Shown here in pieces: positions 57,595-64,000 of a stretch of DNA of 64,000 nt. Under the pieces are notes generated by a model. It saw only the letters and a program-made list of their open reading frames with translations, made no database searches and was not told where the DNA came from. Location: NCBI GenBank assembly GCA_963717505.1, contig OY970342.1, positions 608,001 through 672,000 on the forward strand. The letters run 5' to 3'. The translations under genes and the position numbers were made by a program. Source of the stretch: Candidatus Eiseniibacteriota bacterium (GTDB lineage Bacteria; Eisenbacteria; RBG-16-71-46). The first letter of the stretch is position 1. Every line of letters begins with the position of its first letter.

Positions 57595-58815
57595 ATGAAT
57601 CCTCGCCCGTCGCCCACGGCCGCCGACCCGGGTGGGTCGACCCCGTCCACTCCGCGTCCGAGCGTCGCGCGAGTCTCGACCATCCTGGTGGTCGAGGACG
57701 AGGAACCCGTCCGCTCCCTGCTCACCGAGCTGCTGGGCGGCGAGGGCTTCCGGGTGTTCGAGGCGTCCGACGGCCAGGCCGGGCTCGAGCTGGCGCGCGA
57801 GCATGTTCCGGACCTGGTGATCAGCGACGTCGAGATGTCGGGTTTGACCGGGCACGCGATGCTGCAGGCGTTGCAGACCGACCCGGCGACCGCGACGATT
57901 CCGTTCATCTTCCTGACCGGCCGGGCCAATCGCGACGACGTTCGATTCGGGATGACCCTGGGCGCCGACGACTACATTACCAAGCCGTTCGACCTGAACG
58001 AGATCCTGGCGGCGGTGCGCAGCCGGCTGGCGCGTCGCCAGGCAATCAAGAACCGTTTCGACGAGAAGCTCGACTCGCTGCGCCGCAACCTGCTCAGCTC
58101 GCTGCCCCACGAGCTGCGCACGCCGCTCACCGGGATTCTCGGCTACGCAGCGATCCTGCTCGAGCACCCGGACCAGATCAGCCGCGAGGAGCTGATCATG
58201 GCGGCGCAGGCGATTCGGACTTCGGGGGAACGGCTGCATCGCCTGGTCGAGAACTTCCTGCTCGACGCCGAGCTGTGGACCACGCCCGGACAGGGCGGCG
58301 AGCTGGCGCTGGTCGCGGGGCGGGTCGAGCCGGCCGACCTGCGCGCCTGCGCGAGTGACGTGCTGACCGCACGCGCCAAACTCCACAACCGGGAGCACGA
58401 CGCGCGGCTCCGCCTGCCGGCGTCGCTGGCCGCGATCACCGAGCCGCATCTGACCAAAGCGCTCGACGAGATCGTCGACAACGCGTTCCGTTATTCCCCG
58501 AGCGGCACCCCGATCGAGATCGTCAGCGAGCAGCTCGGCGACCAGGTCCGGCTCTCGGTAGTCGACTACGGCCGCGGGTTCACACCGGAACAGATCCGCG
58601 ATGTCGGCGCGTTCGTCCAGTTCGATCGGCGCCGTCACGAACAGCAGGGACTGGGCCTCGGCCTAGCGATCGCACTGCGACTGGCCGAGCGCTACGCCGG
58701 CGCCCTCGAAATCGAGAGCACCCCGGGAACCAGGACGGTCGTGACCCTGGTGCTCCCGGCCATGACGGCAGCGGCCTCGGATTCCGGAGAGCCGTTCCGA
58801 CTCAAGGCCGCCTGA
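57595..58815 (+). CDS. Hybrid response regulator / histidine kinase (REC-HisKA-HATPase)
   Basis: ILVVEDE, SDVEM, GADDYITKPF, PHELRTPL, DNAFRYS, D.G.G, GLGL. Confidence 0.92.
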   Translation: MNPRPSPTAADPGGSTPSTPRPSVARVSTILVVEDEEPVRSLLTELLGGEGFRVFEASDGQAGLELAREHVPDLVISDVEMSGLTGHAMLQALQTDPATATIPFIFLTGRANRDDVRFGMTLGADDYITKPFDLNEILAAVRSRLARRQAIKNRFDEKLDSLRRNLLSSLPHELRTPLTGILGYAAILLEHPDQISREELIMAAQAIRTSGERLHRLVENFLLDAELWTTPGQGGELALVAGRVEPADLRACASDVLTARAKLHNREHDARLRLPASLAAITEPHLTKALDEIVDNAFRYSPSGTPIEIVSEQLGDQVRLSVVDYGRGFTPEQIRDVGAFVQFDRRRHEQQGLGLGLAIALRLAERYAGALEIESTPGTRTVVTLVLPAMTAAASDSGEPFRLKAA

Positions 58816-58839
58816 CCCCGACAGCCTGCCGGGCCCTCG

Positions 58840-59610
58840 TTACCGGGCGCTGGCCAGGGCGCGTCCGCCGTCGATGGCGTAGGTCGCGCCGGTGACCCAC
58901 GACGCCTCGTCGCTCAACAACCACAACACGAGGGCTGCGATCTCGTTCGCCTGCCCGACCCGCCCGATCGGATGCGTCGTCTTCGAGCGCTCGAGGAACG
59001 CCGGATAGTCGGCGATTGCCTGAGTCACGGTATGCAGCTCGGTGACCACGACTCCCGGATTGACGGCGTTCACGCGCACGCCGTGCGGCGCCAGATCGAG
59101 AGCGGCGCAGCGCGTGAGCTGATCCACGGCCGCCTTGCTCACGCAGTAGGCGGCGATGCCGGGATATGGTCGCGAGCCGGCGACCGACGAGATGTTGACC
59201 ACGGCGCCCTTCTTCTTGATCAGTTCGGGAGCCGCGCTCCGGGTGAGCAGGAACAGCGAGCGCAGGTTCGAGTCCATCATTCGATCCCACTCGGCGGGCG
59301 TGGTCTCCAGGAGTCCTCCGGAACCGATGACGCCGGCGGCGTTCACCAGCCCGTCGAGCGCACCGAACGTCGAGACTGTGTCGCGCACCCAGGCACTCGA
59401 GGTCTCCGGATCACGCACGTCGCCGGTCAGTACGAGTGCTTCGCCGCCCGAGGCTCGGATCGCAGACGCCACCTCGTCAAGCCGATCTCGCCGGCGACCG
59501 GCGCACGCGACCCGCGCCCCTTCGGCGCCGAGTGCTTTGGCGCACGCACGCCCGATCCCGCTCGATGCCCCGGTCACCAGAACCACCCGGCCCGCGAAGC
59601 GCCCGCCCAT
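58840..59610 (-). CDS. SDR family oxidoreductase
   Basis: TGASSGIG, NAAG, YCVSK, VNPG. Confidence 0.93.
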   Translation of the reverse strand: MGGRFAGRVVLVTGASSGIGRACAKALGAEGARVACAGRRRDRLDEVASAIRASGGEALVLTGDVRDPETSSAWVRDTVSTFGALDGLVNAAGVIGSGGLLETTPAEWDRMMDSNLRSLFLLTRSAAPELIKKKGAVVNISSVAGSRPYPGIAAYCVSKAAVDQLTRCAALDLAPHGVRVNAVNPGVVVTELHTVTQAIADYPAFLERSKTTHPIGRVGQANEIAALVLWLLSDEASWVTGATYAIDGGRALASAR

Positions 59611-60818
59611 CAGATCCTCCCTTCAAACGTCCAACGCTCCCGCTCTTCGCGAATCGTCGATCGACCGTGGCGAATCAGATCGCGCGCCGCGGCGACTCGG
59701 TCCCAGACATTCCACATCAGCACGCCGCGCACCACGTCGTCTCGCAGGTAGAACAGCACGCCTTCGCGGAACGGCTCCTTCCACACGACGTCGACGTCGA
59801 GGCTCGAGTCGACGTCACCGACCGCCTCCCAACCCAGGTCGAAGAAATCGGACCAGAAGAACGGCATGTAGTCGTAGGCGCGGTTGGCTCCGGCCATATT
59901 GGCGCCCACCGCGCGTCCATGGTGCTCGGCGTGATCCCAGTGCTCGATACGGGTCCGCTTCTGCAGCGCCAGGTAGGGGAACTCGGCGACGTCGCCGGCC
60001 GCATAGACGTGATCCGCGCTGGTGTGCCCGAACTCGTCGACCTCGATGCCATTGCCGACTTCGATGCCCACCGCCTCGGCCAGGTCGACCGCCGGATCGA
60101 TGCCGACGCCGGCGACCACGATCTGGGTGGTCACGGTGTTGCCGAGCCGCGTCTGCGCTTCGATCAAACCCTCCCGCTCGGCGAACGACAGCACGGCGTC
60201 GCTCGACACCGTCTCGATGCCGCGCCGTCGATAGTCGTCGGCCACGTACAGCCCCAGGTCGCGCGGCAACACGCGCTGGAGCGGGTACTCGTGCGGAAAG
60301 ATGAACGTGACCTCGTGTCCGGCGTGGCGGAGTGCCGCGGCCAGCTCGGTGGAGATGAAGCCGCCCCCCAGCACCAGCACGTGCGAGATCCCGCGCAGCC
60401 GGTCTCTCAGATAGAGGTAGTCTTCGAGCGAACGGAAGTAGTGGATGCCTTCGATCGCGGAGTTGGCCGCGGCCAGCAGCCGTGGCTTGCCCCCGGTCGC
60501 GAGCAGCAGGCGACCGTATTCGTAGCTCTCACCGTGATCGTCCCAGACCGTGTGCTCGCCCGGATCGATCTCGGTCGCCTCGCGACGCAGCAGCAGCTCG
60601 ACGCCGTACTGACGGTAGAACTCGTTGTCGTGGACCGGCAGCTCGTCGAGCGTACTCTTGCCGAACCACAGGCCCTTGGACAGCGGCGGGCGCTGGTAGG
60701 GCGCGTAGTTCTCGCGCGACAGCACGAGTATGGTGCCTTGCGGGTCCTGCGCGCGGATGCCTTCGATCGCGCCGGCGGCGGCGCGCCCGCCGCCGATGAT
60801 GACGTAGGGGTAGTGCAT
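59610..60818 (-). CDS. FAD-dependent NAD(P)H oxidoreductase (ferredoxin reductase/AIF-like)
   Basis: IIGGG, YQRPPLSK, LLATGG, GGGFI, AAGD, EHWDHA, FWSD. Confidence 0.9.
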   Translation of the reverse strand: MHYPYVIIGGGRAAAGAIEGIRAQDPQGTILVLSRENYAPYQRPPLSKGLWFGKSTLDELPVHDNEFYRQYGVELLLRREATEIDPGEHTVWDDHGESYEYGRLLLATGGKPRLLAAANSAIEGIHYFRSLEDYLYLRDRLRGISHVLVLGGGFISTELAAALRHAGHEVTFIFPHEYPLQRVLPRDLGLYVADDYRRRGIETVSSDAVLSFAEREGLIEAQTRLGNTVTTQIVVAGVGIDPAVDLAEAVGIEVGNGIEVDEFGHTSADHVYAAGDVAEFPYLALQKRTRIEHWDHAEHHGRAVGANMAGANRAYDYMPFFWSDFFDLGWEAVGDVDSSLDVDVVWKEPFREGVLFYLRDDVVRGVLMWNVWDRVAAARDLIRHGRSTIREERERWTFEGRI

Positions 60819-60980
60819 CGAGGAGCTGACCCTTCTTTTGGTGCCGTTGCGTCTCGAGGACTCGCGTTTCCTGACGGGAATGTGACACGGCGCGGACTGG
60901 CGTGGAAGTTACCCGTGGCCGGCCGTGGTCGTCGGGCCGGTATTGGTTCCCGGGGTTACCCGCGGTGGTACGCTGCCCCG

Positions 60981-63203
60981 GTGATCGGCACCTCTCTTTT
61001 TCACTACCGAATCCTCGATCGCCTGGGCAAGGGCGGGATGGGCGTCGTCTATCGCGCACGCGACGAGCGACTCGACCGGGACGTCGCGATCAAGGTGCTG
61101 CGCGAGGGCGCACTCGCCGACACCGCCGCTCGAGAGCGATTCCGCACGGAGGCCGTGGCGCTCTCGCGTCTCAACCATCCGGGGATCGCGACCATCCACG
61201 CTTACGAGAACGACGGTGCCAGCGATTTCCTGATCATGGAGCTGGTCCCCGGCGCCACGCTGCTCGACCGCATCGCGGGTGGCCCCCTGCCGGAGCGCGA
61301 GGTGATCGCCCTCGGCGTCCAGATTGCCGATGCGCTCGAGGCCGCGCACGAGGCCGGCGTCGTCCATCGCGACCTGAAACCCGGCAACGTGATCGTGACG
61401 CCGCGAGGCCAGGCCAAGGTGCTCGACTTCGGCATCGCCAAGTTGCACGGGGCCAGCGCCGCGGTCGTCTCGGTGACCGGTGTCGCGATCGGCACCCCCG
61501 CCTACATGGCGCCCGAGCAGATCTCGGGCGGGCGGGCTGACGCTCGCACCGACGTCTATGCGCTCGCAGCCGTGCTCTACGAGCTGGCCACCGGTCAACG
61601 CGCTCATGCCGGCGACGACATCGCCGCCCTCGCCTACGCGATCGTCAACACGCCGCCGGTGCCGCCGCGCCGGCTGCGGCCCGAACTGACCCCGGCGTTC
61701 GAGCGGACCATCCTCCGAGCACTCGACAAACGTCCCGACCGGCGGCCGGCCAGCGCGCGCGAGTTCGCGCAGGAGCTGCAAGGCGTGGCCGAGGCGGCGT
61801 CCTCGCGCGACGACGGAGGCGGAGCAGTGCGGATGATCGCGGTGCTGCCGCTCGCCAACCTGTCGGGCGACCCGGCTCAGGAGTTCTTCAGCGACGGCAT
61901 GACCGAGGCGTTGATCACGAGCCTCGCTCAGATCGGCGCCCTGCGCGTGATCTCGCGCACGTCGGCCATGCGCTATAAAGGAGCGACTCAGACGCTGCCC
62001 GAGATCGGCCGCGAGCTGGGGGTCGACGCCGTGCTCGAGGGTTCGGTGCTCAAGGCGGGGGATCGGGTGCGCATCACCGTCCGGCTGAGCGACACCGCGC
62101 GCGACCATCTGCTCTGGGCGCACAGCTACGAGAGCGAGGTCGGCGACATCTTGTCGCTCCAGTCCGACGTCGCGCGCCATGTCGCGAGCGAAGTCCAGGT
62201 GCAGCTGACGCCCCGCGAAGCCGCACGGCTTGCCGGTGGACGCGCGCCCAATGCCAAAGCCTACGAGTCCTACCTCATGGGCCGCTTCCACTGGAATCGC
62301 CGAACGCCCCGCGAGCTGGAGCAGGCGCTGGTCCACCTCAAACGCGCGGTCGAGCTCGATCCCGAGTTCGCGCTCGCCTACGCCGGCATCGCCGACACCT
62401 ACAACATCCTCGGCGATCTGCATACCGTCCTGCCCCACGAAGCCGCGAGCCGGGCGCGGGCCGCGCTGTCGCGGGCGCTGGAGATCGACCCCGATCTCGG
62501 CGAAGCCCATATCTCGTTCGGCTTCGCGCGACTGTTCTACGACTGGGACTGGCCGGGGGCGCTGCGCGCCTTCGAGAAAGGCATCGCGCTCAATCCCGGC
62601 TACCCGACCGGACATCAGTGGTATTCCGAAGTGTTGTCCAGCGCCGGCCAGCACGAACGAGCGATTGCCGAAGCGGCGTGCGCCACCGAACTCGATCCGT
62701 TCTCGCCGATCATCGCGACCACTTTGGGCGACACGTACTTCTTCGCGCGACTCTACGACGAGGCCCTGGCCGCGATCCGGCGCGCGCTCGAGCTGGATCC
62801 GCAGTTCGTGCCCGCGAACAGCGACCTCGGCCGAACGCTCACCCAGATGGGCCGGCACGAGGAGGCAATCGCGGCGTTCGAGCACACTCTGGCGCTCCAG
62901 GGCGGCGAACGACTGGTGTCCGGCGGGCTCGGCTACGCGTTCGCCCGCGGCGGCCGGCACGACGAAGCTCGACAAATTCTCGAACGGCTGACCGCCGAGT
63001 CGCTCAAACGCCAGGTCTCGGCGCATGCGATCGCCGCGATCCACCTAGGGTTGGGCGAACACGAGGCGGCGCTCGACTGGCTCGAGCGCGCGTATCGCGA
63101 GCACGATCGCGCGCTGGTCTGGGTGCGCGTCCATCCGCGGCTCGACCCCTTGCGTGGCCACCCGCGATTCGAGGAGATCGTGCGCAAGGTCACGGATCGC
63201 TGA
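60981..63203 (+). CDS. Ser/Thr protein kinase with TolB-like and TPR domains
   Basis: LGKGGMGVVY, VAIK, HRDLKPGN, DFG, YMAPE; IAVLPLANLSGD; TPR repeats; start GTG 60981. Confidence 0.93.
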   Translation: MIGTSLFHYRILDRLGKGGMGVVYRARDERLDRDVAIKVLREGALADTAARERFRTEAVALSRLNHPGIATIHAYENDGASDFLIMELVPGATLLDRIAGGPLPEREVIALGVQIADALEAAHEAGVVHRDLKPGNVIVTPRGQAKVLDFGIAKLHGASAAVVSVTGVAIGTPAYMAPEQISGGRADARTDVYALAAVLYELATGQRAHAGDDIAALAYAIVNTPPVPPRRLRPELTPAFERTILRALDKRPDRRPASAREFAQELQGVAEAASSRDDGGGAVRMIAVLPLANLSGDPAQEFFSDGMTEALITSLAQIGALRVISRTSAMRYKGATQTLPEIGRELGVDAVLEGSVLKAGDRVRITVRLSDTARDHLLWAHSYESEVGDILSLQSDVARHVASEVQVQLTPREAARLAGGRAPNAKAYESYLMGRFHWNRRTPRELEQALVHLKRAVELDPEFALAYAGIADTYNILGDLHTVLPHEAASRARAALSRALEIDPDLGEAHISFGFARLFYDWDWPGALRAFEKGIALNPGYPTGHQWYSEVLSSAGQHERAIAEAACATELDPFSPIIATTLGDTYFFARLYDEALAAIRRALELDPQFVPANSDLGRTLTQMGRHEEAIAAFEHTLALQGGERLVSGGLGYAFARGGRHDEARQILERLTAESLKRQVSAHAIAAIHLGLGEHEAALDWLERAYREHDRALVWVRVHPRLDPLRGHPRFEEIVRKVTDR

Positions 63204-63204
63204 C

Positions 63205-64000
63205 CTACCCCCCGCCAACCTCCGGCACCTGCGCCGGGCCGTGCACTTCCTTCCCCAACCCGGTCTTCCACGTGCCGCGCATTGCCCAGCCGACGATCAG
63301 CAGCGCGCGCAGCACGCAGGTCACGGTGACCAGCCACGCGATGCCCACGACGCCCGAGTCGCCCCACTTGGGAACGATGAACGCCAGCGGAATGCGGATC
63401 AGCGAGAAGGTCGTGTAGATCACCGAGATCGCGAGAGTATGCCCCGAGCCGATGATGCACTCGGCGGTGACGATTTCGACACCGACCGTCACCAGGCACA
63501 ACGCCATCACCCGCAGGTAGGGAACACCCAGACGGATGACCTCGGGGTCGCGCGAGAACAGCCCGAGGAAGAACTCCGGGACGGCCATGAACAGGGCGGT
63601 TACCGCGAGCGAGATCCACAAGTTCCAGAGGTTGCCGGTCAGGATGACCTGCACCGCGCGGTCGGGCCGCCCGGCGCCGAGATTCTGGCCGACCAGCGCC
63701 GCACCGCCGACGCCGAAGGCGATCGAAGCGATGAACTGGAGCGCCTCGATACGGTTGACGATGCCGACCACCGCCATCGCCGCCGGGCCGTATTCCGCGG
63801 CCGCCCGCGAGAAGCTCATGTAGACGACCGAGAACAGTATGCCGATCAGAGCGCCCGGCACGCCGACGCGGGCGAAACCGAGGAAGCGGATGCGCGGGCC
63901 CGGCGCGCGGCGCGCGAACGGCAGCGCCGGAGTGCCGCGCGCGGCCAGCGTCAGGAAGATGCCGAGCATCACCGACTGCGCGATCACGGTCGCCCAGGCC
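63205..64000 (-). CDS. MATE efflux family protein, 5' end outside the window
   Basis: GQNLGAG, GVPYLR, GVVGIAW; multiple TM helices. Confidence 0.88.
   Translation of the reverse strand, partial: AWATVIAQSVMLGIFLTLAARGTPALPFARRAPGPRIRFLGFARVGVPGALIGILFSVVYMSFSRAAAEYGPAAMAVVGIVNRIEALQFIASIAFGVGGAALVGQNLGAGRPDRAVQVILTGNLWNLWISLAVTALFMAVPEFFLGLFSRDPEVIRLGVPYLRVMALCLVTVGVEIVTAECIIGSGHTLAISVIYTTFSLIRIPLAFIVPKWGDSGVVGIAWLVTVTCVLRALLIVGWAMRGTWKTGLGKEVHGPAQVPEVGGG

Noticed and set aside
59436-60980. N-terminal 515 aa of the 1255-aa kinase ORF
   Set aside because: Antisense overlap with the oxidoreductase genes; the kinase starts at GTG 60981

Overview
High-GC, gene-dense bacterial chromosome segment with about 46 CDS. 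I found no rRNA, tRNA, CRISPR array or mobile element. Five large secreted proteins end in FlgD-Ig/T9SS-type-A-like tails, which suggests an FCB-group candidate phylum such as Ca. Eisenbacteria (inference). Contents in order: mmsA and housekeeping genes; a purine/allantoin catabolism cluster (three-subunit xanthine dehydrogenase family enzyme, DUF6986 aldolase/citrate-lyase-like gene, uraH, uraD, alc, allB; no uricase visible) interrupted by two giant repeat surface-protein genes; a PIG-L deacetylase/Na+-symporter/HTTM operon; oppABC; a beta-propeller phytase with recently amplified DNRLRE/IPT-TIG repeats; a two-gene cytochrome c lipoprotein plus diheme Cyc2-like cytochrome-porin unit; a BNR/VPS10 protein; a PAS-sigma54 activator facing an orphan gene; an ECF sigma/FecR/YtkA module with a duplicated promoter motif; an alginate-lyase-like protein; MATE/ANKH-like transporters; and kinases. 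Four single-base indels break three genes and are most likely consensus errors. Strongest leads: the diheme cytochrome-porin pair, a sigma54-driven structured RNA upstream of allB, and frequent leaderless-type starts.
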